Source of the DNA: a virus
DNA length: 64,000 nt
Direction: 5' to 3' (one strand)
Virus record (IMG/VR): IMGVR_UViG_3300009124_000001
Notes under the pieces: model-generated
Databases searched by the model: none
What the model was told of the DNA's origin: nothing
What the model saw: the letters and a program-made list of their open reading frames with translations, nothing else
Shown: one piece after another, positions 18,410 through 27,320 of the stretch
Layout: every line of letters begins with the position of its first letter
Numbering within the stretch: position 1 is the stretch's first letter
Position numbers and translations under genes: made by a program

Positions 18410-19329
18410 CAGTCGTCGTTAGCGAGTTTAGCGAAGTAGGAGAGGTCAGGATCCTCATCCCCATTCAATGATTCTACACTAGAACCGAACCCACTGTTGA
18501 AGGCAGGTGCCGATTGTTTAGCTGTCTCCTCGGGGGAGAAGAATGCCACGGGATCTTCCTCTTCCTCTGCCTGTGCTGCCTGAGCGGCACGATTGGTCTT
18601 ACCAAGGACAAGGTTCAGACGTGCTTCAAGTTCAGTGTAGGACTTGAAGTTCTTGGGATCAGTGAAGTCAGCAAGAGAGTATTGCTGATTGTAGAGCTGT
18701 TCCAACTGCTCGTCATCAAAGTCACCCAGTACAGAGGCAGAGGCGAACTCAGAACGATCGTAGTTCCAGTAACCATCCTGCTTGACGATCTTCAACTTGA
18801 AGTCAGCACCCTTCCAGAAGCAGAAAGGATTGATGGGTTCTTCATCTTCAAACTGGGGCTTCATTGCCTCAACAATCTTGTCATGGATCTTCTTGCCATA
18901 CTTGTACAAGAAGACACGACCCTCGTTCTCAGGGTGAAGAGGATCCTTCACAACATAGATGTTGGAGTAGTAGGACAGTTTACGCTTCTGCTTACGAGCA
19001 ACTTCCTTGTCAGAATCCAGACCGCTGTTCCAGAGGATGCGATTCAGATCACCAACAGGATCCTTCTGACCGAGAGTGGTCAGGGAGTTCTCGATGTACC
19101 AACCACCAGTACCTTGGAAGGCATGGGACCAGACCTGTGCCCAGGGCAGGTCTTCGTTGGTAGGAGCGGGCAGGAAGCGGATGACAGCATAACCGTTGCC
19201 TGCTTTGTCAACCTCTGGTTTCCAGAGGCGTTCGTCGGGACCGTTGCCCGAACCTTTGCTCATCTTTTCAAGTTCCTTGGTCAGGTTTGCAATGGAACCA
19301 GAGGACTTTTTGAGCGATGCGAAAGACAT
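18409..19329 (-). CDS. gp32: single-stranded DNA-binding protein gp32
   Basis: WKPEVDKAGNGYAVIRFLP...GGWYIENSLTT...LSYFAKLA. Confidence 0.97.
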   Translation of the reverse strand: MSFASLKKSSGSIANLTKELEKMSKGSGNGPDERLWKPEVDKAGNGYAVIRFLPAPTNEDLPWAQVWSHAFQGTGGWYIENSLTTLGQKDPVGDLNRILWNSGLDSDKEVARKQKRKLSYYSNIYVVKDPLHPENEGRVFLYKYGKKIHDKIVEAMKPQFEDEEPINPFCFWKGADFKLKIVKQDGYWNYDRSEFASASVLGDFDDEQLEQLYNQQYSLADFTDPKNFKSYTELEARLNLVLGKTNRAAQAAQAEEEEDPVAFFSPEETAKQSAPAFNSGFGSSVESLNGDEDPDLSYFAKLANDD

Positions 19330-19409
19330 GGATTGTATTCTCCGTATGTTTTGTATTTGGTCTGTGTGTCACCAGACCGAAGTCATGATGACACATTATT
19401 TAGGGGGTG

Positions 19410-19970
19410 TCAAGCAAGCAGTTGCTTGACTGCTGCTTCGATCTCATTGAGTTTGGAGATGGACACTGACTGTACATCCCACTCCATGACAACTTTCATC
19501 TCTTTACCCTTGATCGAGAAGTTTGAAAAGGGAACCTGCTGAGGATGAGTGTACTCAGTGTTGATAAAGATATCTTCCAGAGAAGTTTGGGTTGCTTCAT
19601 CAACTTGCTCATCAGTAGGAGACAACACTTTACCCTTACTGAAAGCATTCTTGATAGGTTTCAGGTGTTGTAGACGAGGGTGTGCTGCCCACTTATCAAA
19701 CTCAGTAGTCTCTCGCAACATGCGAGCAAACGTGGCACGAAGAGACTCTCGCATAGCAGAGATGTCTTCATGGTCAGTGATATACGGGTAGTCTGCCTTG
19801 AAGAGTTGAGGATTGTAGGTAATCGTAACGTTACCTCGGGTCTTGGGTTGCTTCACCATCCATTCCATGTTCTCATGGACATGGCGGACTTGGTTTGCCT
19901 TCCAAGCGCCCTTGAATCCCCATCTAGCATACCTAGTATACAGAGGTTTGATTGAAGGTGTATTGGTCAT
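19410..19970 (-). CDS. hypothetical protein (not recognised)
   Basis: 186 aa ORF with its own promoter; no motif recognised. Confidence 0.65.
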   Translation of the reverse strand: MTNTPSIKPLYTRYARWGFKGAWKANQVRHVHENMEWMVKQPKTRGNVTITYNPQLFKADYPYITDHEDISAMRESLRATFARMLRETTEFDKWAAHPRLQHLKPIKNAFSKGKVLSPTDEQVDEATQTSLEDIFINTEYTHPQQVPFSNFSIKGKEMKVVMEWDVQSVSISKLNEIEAAVKQLLA

Positions 19971-20005
19971 TGTATTTGATGGTGTGTGTCTCACGGGACC
20001 TGCAC

Positions 20006-20040
20006 ATCATAGCACCATGAAAAAAGGGGGTCAACCCCCC
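20006..20040 (-). terminator. terminator hairpin overlapping a sigma70 promoter
   Basis: GGGGGG-TTGA-CCCCCC-TTTTTT; also TTGACC-17bp-TATGAT. Confidence 0.7.
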
Positions 20041-20396
20041 TGGTGTAATTCTTTTTTCCAACCGATGAGTTTGTCTTCCATCGCCTGTAAGACTGCTAGC
20101 AGGTTGCCCTTGCCACCTGTGTAGAGGGTGGACATCGTGTCTATCCGCTCCTTCATTGCTTGGACCTCAGACTCAGAGTCATCGTCCTCTGCGACATAGT
20201 TTGCCATCAATTCCAGTCGGGAATAGAATACCTTCTGCTTTGCAATGAGTTCAAGAGTCTTATTAATGTGCTCAATCTTCTGTTGAGGATCAAAGTCCTG
20301 AAAGTTTTGAGACATTTTAAGCAGATCTGTGTAGCAATCTTGCAGATCATTAAGTTCTTCTTGAACTACTTCTGATTTGAAAAATTCTTCGCTCAT
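20031..20396 (-). CDS. DUF1825-family protein
   Basis: FFKSEVVQEEL...LIAKQKVFYSRL. Confidence 0.8.
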   Translation of the reverse strand: MSEEFFKSEVVQEELNDLQDCYTDLLKMSQNFQDFDPQQKIEHINKTLELIAKQKVFYSRLELMANYVAEDDDSESEVQAMKERIDTMSTLYTGGKGNLLAVLQAMEDKLIGWKKELHQGG

Positions 20397-20713
20397 AGTT
20401 TTCCTCCCACCACTCCGTCATTAATGACGCGAGTGTGTTCGTCTAGTGTTCCTTCTTGTAATGCTTTGAGATGCCACCGAGTGACATTCAGGACAGTATC
20501 ATACTCCAATCCAGAGATGAAGTGCTGCCCCAGTGGTTCTTTCAGAATGCTGATGTGCATACCGAAACGAGACTTCATAATGTAGAAAGCATCGTCAATC
20601 CACTCAACATTCTCAGGAATGTTCTTCTCCACGGTGCCACCGAAGGAGTGCGACAACTTAGATAGGTAAGATGCCACGGGTTGTTCGCTTGATGCAGTTG
20701 AGTTGTTGGGCAT
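20393..20713 (-). CDS. conserved cyanophage hypothetical protein (true start probably near 20656)
   Basis: FGGTVEK.IP..VEWIDDAFYI..SRFG...VGGKL. Confidence 0.7.
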   Translation of the reverse strand: MPNNSTASSEQPVASYLSKLSHSFGGTVEKNIPENVEWIDDAFYIMKSRFGMHISILKEPLGQHFISGLEYDTVLNVTRWHLKALQEGTLDEHTRVINDGVVGGKL

Positions 20714-20903
20714 TGGCTTTGATTTTGTCTTTCAGGGGTTTGCTAATAAGTTTACCGACCATCTCAAATTCAATCTCATATTCTTCACAGACTGATGCAA
20801 CTGCTTCGATGTAGTTGATCAGTCCATTATTATTTTGGACAGTATGTTCAACGAGAGCACTAAATTTGTTCTGAGTCATGAAGTTTTCTTCGAGTTCTTT
20901 CAC
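20658..20903 (-). CDS. gp33: late transcription coactivator gp33
   Basis: NYIEAV...LISKPLKDKIKANAQQLN...LPI; GTG start overlapping the exonuclease stop. Confidence 0.88.
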   Translation of the reverse strand: MKELEENFMTQNKFSALVEHTVQNNNGLINYIEAVASVCEEYEIEFEMVGKLISKPLKDKIKANAQQLNCIKRTTRGILPI

Positions 20904-21586
20904 TTGTTGACACTCTCCTGATGGTATCGGTAATCTTTGATCCATTTGCAGAGAGTATCGATGTAAGGTATCTTATCATACTTTTGTACGACTTGGGTCT
21001 CCCCATTCTCTGCAACACTAAGTGTCACAAGTTTCTTTACCTCTACACCAGTACGCTCCCAATACATGTAAGCATATGCTGCTTCTTGTACGAAATACTT
21101 CTCCAACCAAGTCTCTTTCTTGATCTCCTTGGTAGTTTTGAAGTCAATGATTGCTAACTCACCATCAAACTCAGCAATGCAATCAACACGACCAGCAACG
21201 CATAGATCAGAAGAATAAAGAGGGGCTTCAAGACAGTGAATGTTATCAATACGATCGAGAGTCGCACGAGCAAACCCAAAAAGGTACGAGGCAAGACCTT
21301 CGCCTTCCTTAACCTTTTCCAGGTTGCCCAAGAGATAATTTTCGACGATGCCATGATACTTAGTGCCTCTCCATGATGATGTGCGACGGATCTTCTCCGC
21401 CTCTGTCCAACCGATGCGTTTCTCCCACTTACGGATGCCTTCAATAGACTGGTGTCCTACGACAGTAGTCACTGAGGGATACCAGTTACCGTTGGGTGCT
21501 TGATAGAAGCGACCTCTTTCACCTGTCTTGCTTTGAAGTTCGTCTAACTCTTTGGCAGGACCTACATGATTAAAAACTTTCATCAA
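20900..21586 (-). CDS. PD-(D/E)XK exonuclease
   Basis: YPSVTTV...RGT.YH...AGRVDCIAE...IIDFKT...Q.AAY. Confidence 0.88.
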   Translation of the reverse strand: MMKVFNHVGPAKELDELQSKTGERGRFYQAPNGNWYPSVTTVVGHQSIEGIRKWEKRIGWTEAEKIRRTSSWRGTKYHGIVENYLLGNLEKVKEGEGLASYLFGFARATLDRIDNIHCLEAPLYSSDLCVAGRVDCIAEFDGELAIIDFKTTKEIKKETWLEKYFVQEAAYAYMYWERTGVEVKKLVTLSVAENGETQVVQKYDKIPYIDTLCKWIKDYRYHQESVNK

Positions 21587-22341
21587 CCAAATCCGAGATT
21601 AATTTTACTAACGAGGTACTCTCTAACAAGACCAGACCTAACGATATCTGTAATACCAAACTCAACGCACTCAAACGAAGGCATGGTTTGCAGAATCTTC
21701 ATGAAGTCTAGCACACCTGTACGTTCATTGCTCTTGATAAGGTCTGACTGTGTATAGTCACCAGAGAAAATAATCTTGGCGTCTTCACCAGTACGAGTGA
21801 TGATTGAATCAAGTTCGTGGAAGTTCAGGTTAGAGAACTCATCCACAATGATAATACATTTGTCAAGGGTGACGCCACGAATGAACGAGGTAGACCAGAA
21901 AGAGATGGTCTCTTGTGCTCTCAGATTATCGTAGAGCATCTCAAAGGAATTATCATCAGGCATTTGGAACATGTATTTCACCATGTTCTTGTAAGGAATC
22001 TGATACAGATTACTCTTATCCTCATGGTCACCAGGCAGGAATCCAATCTCTCTGGTAGGAACCAGGGAGCGGACCATATAGATCTTCTCGTAGGGAGACT
22101 CAGGATCCAGCACCTGCTGCATTGCAAGGTAAAGACTAATGAAAGTTTTACCAGTACCAGCAGCACCATGCAGAACTAGGTTCTTGCCCTCGGCGTAAGC
22201 ATTGAAGACCTTCTCCTGATTATCAGTCAGGGGTTCGATACTTTTAAGGTGATCAAGATTGATCGGTTTCTTCCTTCGCATTTGTTTGGCTGTCATACCA
22301 TTCATGTTCGGAGTCTTCTGACGCTTTCGGGTTGCAGGCAT
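21583..22341 (-). CDS. phoH: PhoH-like ATPase
   Basis: GAAGTGKT...REIGFLPG...SFIRGVT...DIVRSGLV. Confidence 0.95.
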   Translation of the reverse strand: MPATRKRQKTPNMNGMTAKQMRRKKPINLDHLKSIEPLTDNQEKVFNAYAEGKNLVLHGAAGTGKTFISLYLAMQQVLDPESPYEKIYMVRSLVPTREIGFLPGDHEDKSNLYQIPYKNMVKYMFQMPDDNSFEMLYDNLRAQETISFWSTSFIRGVTLDKCIIIVDEFSNLNFHELDSIITRTGEDAKIIFSGDYTQSDLIKSNERTGVLDFMKILQTMPSFECVEFGITDIVRSGLVREYLVSKINLGFG

Positions 22342-22342
22342 A

Positions 22343-22573
22343 TCAAGTATATCGAGAGAGGTTGGCACCAGGGTGAGCTGACTGGATCTTAGACATTACA
22401 TCTTTGAATCCATCAGACTGCTTTGGTTTACCATAGGTAGTACCATTGATTTGATTACCAAGATACCGTTCTAGTTCTGGATGCTCGTCTTTGTATTTAT
22501 CGAGGTCGTGAATAGACAACCTAACTTCGGTGATCTCACCAGTTTCTTTGTTTTTGAATTCGTAGGTAGGCAT
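22343..22573 (-). CDS. conserved small protein (FmdB-like N-terminus)
   Basis: MPTYEFKNKETGE...DGFKDVMSKI...HPG. Confidence 0.8.
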   Translation of the reverse strand: MPTYEFKNKETGEITEVRLSIHDLDKYKDEHPELERYLGNQINGTTYGKPKQSDGFKDVMSKIQSAHPGANLSRYT

Positions 22574-22574
22574 A

Positions 22575-22745
22575 TTACCTCTTGTTCGTTGGTAGTGGTG
22601 TAGCAAATAGGATAGTTGCTGACGGAACAGATGCTTCAAAGAGACGCTTGGCCTCTTGCTGGTGAGATGCATCGATTCTTTTTGTGAATCTTTTGTTCCC
22701 CGAAGCGGGGATCTTATAAGTGATCTCGTAGGGATACTGTTTCAT
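22575..22745 (-). CDS. small hypothetical protein (56 aa, not in ORF track)
   Basis: MKQYPYEITYKIPASG...; ATG overlaps the thyX stop and the ORF fills the gap. Confidence 0.65.
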   Translation of the reverse strand: MKQYPYEITYKIPASGNKRFTKRIDASHQQEAKRLFEASVPSATILFATPLPTNKR

Positions 22746-23458
22746 TAGTCAATCCTCAATGATGGTTGAAGGCAGTTGCACTCGTCAAGGTGCTGAGAGC
22801 ATCCACAGTCTCCATCAGGGCACCAGTCAAGCGCCTTGGCGGTGTCTGGGAACTGACAGATGAAGTGCTGCCTACACATCTCTGCAATCTCCATGTGCTC
22901 CTTCTGAGTGCCATGTGCAGACCTCAGATCTATATAATGGATCCATGAACGCACTGATCCCGTCATGTAAAGTCTGGTGGGTGTTGCCAAGGGGAGCACA
23001 AAACGAGCACATTCCTTTGCAATATCGTCATCAAGCATCTGCTTGTAGAGATCCATACCTTGCTTGAAATGATTCTGAATCAGAATCTCATACTTCTGTT
23101 TAGTCCAAGGATCGATGTCATCAATAGAGTTCTGACGGTTCTTGGTATCCTGACGACGAAGTTCAAACAGAGGGATCTCATCTCCCAACATAGAACTGTC
23201 AGCATACCGCTGAGAAAACTCTTGATATGTGAACGAACGGTGACGCAAAATTTGAGCTGCCAGTCCACGAGTGGTGTTAATTTCCAGGGTCATATGTGCT
23301 TGCTCAAACACAGACCAGTGTCCATGCTTGATACAATAACCAAGGAGACCAGCAACCTTAGGGTTGTCCTGATTGTTGGGATTGCTTACACGAGCAACAT
23401 ACCCCATAGTTTTTTCTGCATCAGGAGTTACAGATACAAGACATACTTTTTGATTCAT
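22745..23458 (-). CDS. thyX: flavin-dependent thymidylate synthase
   Basis: ARVSNP...HWSVFE...QILRHRSFTYQEFSQRY. Confidence 0.96.
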   Translation of the reverse strand: MNQKVCLVSVTPDAEKTMGYVARVSNPNNQDNPKVAGLLGYCIKHGHWSVFEQAHMTLEINTTRGLAAQILRHRSFTYQEFSQRYADSSMLGDEIPLFELRRQDTKNRQNSIDDIDPWTKQKYEILIQNHFKQGMDLYKQMLDDDIAKECARFVLPLATPTRLYMTGSVRSWIHYIDLRSAHGTQKEHMEIAEMCRQHFICQFPDTAKALDWCPDGDCGCSQHLDECNCLQPSLRID

Positions 23459-23694
23459 TTCAATAACACACGGGACAGAATGTAGAGACCTACTGACTGA
23501 ACGTATCCTATCACAGGAAGTCCAAAGAGTGTAGGCATACATACATTCCATGCTGCCCACACAACGAAGGGAGCAAAGATCAGTCCGAGAAGACCGATGG
23601 TAGCATTCACTGCCATCTGTTTCGCTTCACTGCTAGGATCTTCGTCTTCGTTCTCAGGTTTATTTAATTTGACTGTGTAAACTGAGTTGCTCAT
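23455..23694 (-). CDS. small membrane protein
   Basis: Two hydrophobic segments; coupled to neighbours. Confidence 0.7.
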   Translation of the reverse strand: MSNSVYTVKLNKPENEDEDPSSEAKQMAVNATIGLLGLIFAPFVVWAAWNVCMPTLFGLPVIGYVQSVGLYILSRVLLK

Positions 23695-23963
23695 TTCTTT
23701 TTCTTATCAGGACCTTTGTTACCCCACAGTTTAGGGTTTACTCTTCCCTCTGTCTGCGTCATGTTAATTAAATCATGACGATAGTGGTCCCAATAATGAT
23801 CGAAGATGTCAACTCGCTTGGGAGCAACAGCAACATCGAACTTGGTGATACCATCTTGCAGGTATTCAATTAAATACGCTGTGTAAGGAAGAGATCTATC
23901 TTGACCTAAGGATGGGTCGCAATCTTTGTAGATTATATTAATCTTCAAGACCGACCGCCCCAC
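23691..23963 (-). CDS. conserved cyanophage hypothetical protein
   Basis: DRSLPYTAYL...DIFDHYWD...GRVNPKLWG. Confidence 0.78.
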   Translation of the reverse strand: MGRSVLKINIIYKDCDPSLGQDRSLPYTAYLIEYLQDGITKFDVAVAPKRVDIFDHYWDHYRHDLINMTQTEGRVNPKLWGNKGPDKKKK

Positions 23964-24376
23964 TGGATGCTTGGGAACGCCTCAGCAACACATGCCTTAG
24001 TGACCTTGTAACGCTTACCCAGTTCCTTATCCTTCGCCTTGATGATGACTTCTGCCTCATCAGGATGCAGACCTTCCAGGAGTTGAATGAACATCTGCTC
24101 ACGCTTCATGCCACTGATGTTAGATCCACCCTTAAAGAAGTGGTGAAGGATTCGTGCTTCGTGTTCCAGTTTGGTGTGCTCAGTGCCAGCAGGTGCCTCA
24201 TTAGGAGTGAACGGAGGAGTACCCTCAGGAAGCATGGAGATAATACTCTCATCGTAGTTGATGATAAGCACAGACTTCAAGGCTGCACTCTGATGATCTT
24301 GGAGGATCTTGATCTTTTCTGCTTTGGTCTTTGCGTTGTGTGCCTTTTGTAGGATTTCGGAGATTAACAATTTCAT
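23945..24376 (-). CDS. conserved T4-like hypothetical protein
   Basis: LLISEIL...LPEG.PP...KREQMFIQLLEGLHP.EA. Confidence 0.82.
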   Translation of the reverse strand: MKLLISEILQKAHNAKTKAEKIKILQDHQSAALKSVLIINYDESIISMLPEGTPPFTPNEAPAGTEHTKLEHEARILHHFFKGGSNISGMKREQMFIQLLEGLHPDEAEVIIKAKDKELGKRYKVTKACVAEAFPSIQWGGRS

Positions 24377-24377
24377 T

Positions 24378-25256
24378 TCAAAAATCAGTAATGTTGTCGA
24401 GCATCTCATTCAACTCATGACGAGCAAAATAGACGTAGAGTTGACCCCTAGCAGGGGGTTCAGAAGATTCAAAGATATTTATGATGTCCGTATACACGGC
24501 ATCAGGAATGCAATCGAAATCAATTAGTTTCCTATTGCGTTCATAGTTGACCAGGGTCTCGTTGTCACAGAAGTCTTCGGGAGATTGATCAACCCAGCGA
24601 GCAAGTTTGAGTTTGGAGATAGGACGTTGCCTTTTCTCCGCCACAAACGTGTCATCATCAGACAGATAGTTGGGGATGCCATCACCTCGGTCGCCCTTAA
24701 TGATGTGCTCCAACAGATACTGCTTTGGGTCTTCACATTGTACAAACTTCTTCTGGATTGGGTTGTACTGTGATACAAACTTATACTTTTGCAGTTGTTG
24801 GAAGTCCTTATCGCCAGATAAGATTAGAACTTTCTGTGGGGGTTGCATGTTGTTTTGCAACCTGATGTTTCGGTATGCTTGATCTTTGACCAGAGATGCA
24901 ATGACATCATCTGCTTCTGCACCATCAACATCAATGACTTTGTAGGGAAGATACTCTCTGATCTCATCACGAATGTGATTCAGAACTTCAAAGATCTCAT
25001 TCCAGTCAAGTTTAGACTTCTCACGATCCCTCTTACGGGTGCCCTTGTAGTAAGGGAATTCTTTACGACGCCAGTAATTCTTACTGTCATAACAAAGGAC
25101 CAGTTCACCATATTCCTTACCAAACTTACTGCGATAAAAACGCAGAGAGTTCAGTACCATATGGCGGACCAGTCCTTCGCTGATAGTTGTAGATGTACTC
25201 GTCAAGGAAACCATCAGGTTGCTGATGCAAACCTGATTCATATCAACAAGAATCAT
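24378..25256 (-). CDS. rnh: T4 RNase H (5'-3' exonuclease)
   Basis: YWRR...YKG.R...EADD...SGDKDF.QL...GDRGDGIPN. Confidence 0.95.
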   Translation of the reverse strand: MILVDMNQVCISNLMVSLTSTSTTISEGLVRHMVLNSLRFYRSKFGKEYGELVLCYDSKNYWRRKEFPYYKGTRKRDREKSKLDWNEIFEVLNHIRDEIREYLPYKVIDVDGAEADDVIASLVKDQAYRNIRLQNNMQPPQKVLILSGDKDFQQLQKYKFVSQYNPIQKKFVQCEDPKQYLLEHIIKGDRGDGIPNYLSDDDTFVAEKRQRPISKLKLARWVDQSPEDFCDNETLVNYERNRKLIDFDCIPDAVYTDIINIFESSEPPARGQLYVYFARHELNEMLDNITDF

Positions 25257-25262
25257 TAGACC

Positions 25263-25502
25263 TCAATCGTCTTCGTCATACATCATATCATCTTCCTCAT
25301 CGATGTGCAAGTAGATGAGGGGTTGATCAGTGAGTTCTCCGTTCTCATCGTACATCTCTGGATGCATGACGACCCTTGCATAATCTGCACGGTCTACCCA
25401 AATGTCGAAGACATGCTTCAAGTTCCAGGAAGCAATGAATCCCAGAACGAAACTTCCAATCGTGAGGAAGAAGGCGATGTAAAGAAATGAAGCATCTGCC
25501 AT
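25263..25502 (-). CDS. membrane-anchored hypothetical protein
   Basis: N-terminal hydrophobic helix, HPEMYDENG motif. Confidence 0.78.
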   Translation of the reverse strand: MADASFLYIAFFLTIGSFVLGFIASWNLKHVFDIWVDRADYARVVMHPEMYDENGELTDQPLIYLHIDEEDDMMYDEDD

Positions 25503-25528
25503 GGTGTTCCTCCTATGTTAATCCTTAA

Positions 25529-25903
25529 CTATTTATTGTGGTTTCTTGACAATTTAGTGCCAGGTTTGCGTCCTGGTTTGCGCTCGGCATGGTATTTCCA
25601 TGCGTCTTCAAGTATACCGTAGAGGTATTCTTTGATCTTTCGTGCTTTTGGTTTGGGGATGTAACCATATGCCTCACGGAGAGTCTTGTCACCTCCCTTG
25701 ATGTAACCTTCCAGATCAAGGATTACCTCGTTCAGTTGTGCAGCAGACGTAGATTCAATGAACTCATTGACCTGACGACGTGTCCACTTATTTGTTTTTA
25801 AGTATGGATATAATTTGAAGAGAAATTTCTGCTCGGTCATGGCAAGATCAATTGACTTGTCAATCAATTCGTAGAGTTCTGCTTCGTTAATTGCACTCAT
25901 CAC
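25529..25903 (-). CDS. conserved cyanophage hypothetical protein
   Basis: YIKGG...LREAYG.IPKPKARKI. Confidence 0.82.
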   Translation of the reverse strand: MMSAINEAELYELIDKSIDLAMTEQKFLFKLYPYLKTNKWTRRQVNEFIESTSAAQLNEVILDLEGYIKGGDKTLREAYGYIPKPKARKIKEYLYGILEDAWKYHAERKPGRKPGTKLSRNHNK

Positions 25904-26151
25904 AAATACTTGTTCTCTCTCAGATATTTAATGGACTCAGTGCAACCACCAGTCCGTTGTCCGTCGATCAGAACCTGGGGAAAGGTTGCTGCTTGTCCAA
26001 ACTCACGCTTGAATTGATCACGAGTGAATTGTTGGTCGAGGACGTACTCAATATACTGCCATCCTCTCATTCTGTAAACCTCTTTGATTTTTGTACAGTA
26101 TGGGCAACCAGGACGTGTGTAGATTACGGTGCCACCAGGAGTCTTTGCCAT
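25900..26151 (-). CDS. nrdC: glutaredoxin
   Basis: CPYC, TFPQV, GGC. Confidence 0.93.
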   Translation of the reverse strand: MAKTPGGTVIYTRPGCPYCTKIKEVYRMRGWQYIEYVLDQQFTRDQFKREFGQAATFPQVLIDGQRTGGCTESIKYLRENKYL

Positions 26152-26171
26152 GTCTTAATGAAATAGAGAAT

Positions 26172-26195
26172 AAAAAAGGGGAGCGATGCTCCCCT
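26172..26195 (-). terminator. rho-independent terminator
   Basis: AGGGGAGC-ATC-GCTCCCC-TTTTTT. Confidence 0.8.
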
Positions 26196-26217
26196 GTATA
26201 TATTATCAGTCGTCTAA

Positions 26218-26583
26218 TCAGAAGGCGAACTTCACGCCTGCCTTGGTGCCGTAACCAGTGTCAGCGCCGTCAACGGTAGCGAACGAAACTTCGCCGTACA
26301 GGGAGAGACGCTCGGTAGCAGCGACGCTCAGACCGCCCTTGCCACTGAACTCAGTGGTGGTGGTGCCGCCATCGGGGCTGACCAGGCTAGGACCGCCTTG
26401 GACATACCAACCAGCGCTCTCACCCAGAGCACCTTCGTAACCAACGTGCAGGTCGGTAGTCGTGCCAGAGTAATCGTTGCCAGAGAAACCAGAGTTCGCT
26501 TCCACGTTCACATAGGGACCTGCAAAAGCAGCGCCAGCGAACAGGGGGGCAGCAGCAGCGGCTGCGAGAACAGATTTAATCAT
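26218..26583 (-). CDS. small outer-membrane beta-barrel-like protein
   Basis: Signal peptide, amphipathic beta strands, C-terminal KAGVKFAF ending in Phe. Confidence 0.75.
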   Translation of the reverse strand: MIKSVLAAAAAAPLFAGAAFAGPYVNVEANSGFSGNDYSGTTTDLHVGYEGALGESAGWYVQGGPSLVSPDGGTTTTEFSGKGGLSVAATERLSLYGEVSFATVDGADTGYGTKAGVKFAF

Positions 26584-26725
26584 TTTAATTTCCTCGTAGA
26601 TTTACTTGCGGAGTGGTTACCCGCAGATGATGGATCGGGTTGTACCGATCGCCTGTGTAGTGTAGCACAAGATCACCGAGTAGTTGAGGGGTCACTTTGT
26701 TACAAACCGTTAAGCAACGGTCACT

Positions 26726-26758
26726 TATTTATAATACCAAAGACCGAGAAATTGTCAA
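26726..26758 (-). promoter_or_regulatory. overlapping early (TTGACA...TGGTATTAT) and late (TATAAATA) promoters
   Basis: Both motifs read directly. Confidence 0.7.
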
Positions 26759-26774
26759 GCGTGTGACAGTTGTG

Positions 26775-27320
26775 TTATGAAAACGTAACAACCAATACAA
26801 TTCGACGCTTCTCGGTCGGAGGTATCATACCATGCCACCCTTCAAAGACAACGATGTCATCCTCTTCTGGGTGGAAGGAGTCAGTCTCTTGGAATGACTC
26901 GTCTGTAAGTATAGTAGGTCCCCCTGCGTCTGTCAAGTACACCAGCATATTCTTGTGAGGGAACTGGTGGTCCAGGTGAGGAGGGGTCATGAGTTGCTCC
27001 CCAGGGTGGACACAGTTGGCATTGATCCGATACACACAGTTAACGGGGACCTGATTGACTGCAAAGATCTCTTCTATCATAGGAACAATCCTAGGAGTCC
27101 ACTGAGATCCCATGGTAGGAAACAGTTGCCCTTCAATGTTACCAAATCTAGGACGACCCACTAGGACGTGACTATAAAACCCCTCGGTATTGAACTCACT
27201 CTGCTGTGCATTCATCACAGTGAAGTCAGTCCAGTACCAAGGGAAGTCAGGTCCAACAATCAGTCTCTTGATCTCTCGATAGTTCAGAGAGTCAGGAGTT
27301 TTCAATAATGTAAATGTCAT
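26775..27320 (-). CDS. 2OG-Fe(II) oxygenase-like protein
   Basis: FPWYW...RINAN...PHLD...YL...GGPT...H...RIVL. Confidence 0.75.
   Translation of the reverse strand: MTFTLLKTPDSLNYREIKRLIVGPDFPWYWTDFTVMNAQQSEFNTEGFYSHVLVGRPRFGNIEGQLFPTMGSQWTPRIVPMIEEIFAVNQVPVNCVYRINANCVHPGEQLMTPPHLDHQFPHKNMLVYLTDAGGPTILTDESFQETDSFHPEEDDIVVFEGWHGMIPPTEKRRIVLVVTFS

Noticed and set aside
18514-19542. 342 aa plus-strand ORF antisense to gp32
   Set aside because: Mirror frame of a strongly codon-biased gene; no recognisable protein features
20900-21586. Cas4/CRISPR system
   Set aside because: Lacks the Cas4 Fe-S cysteine pattern, no repeat-spacer array is seen in the window, and this is the usual phoH-adjacent exonuclease
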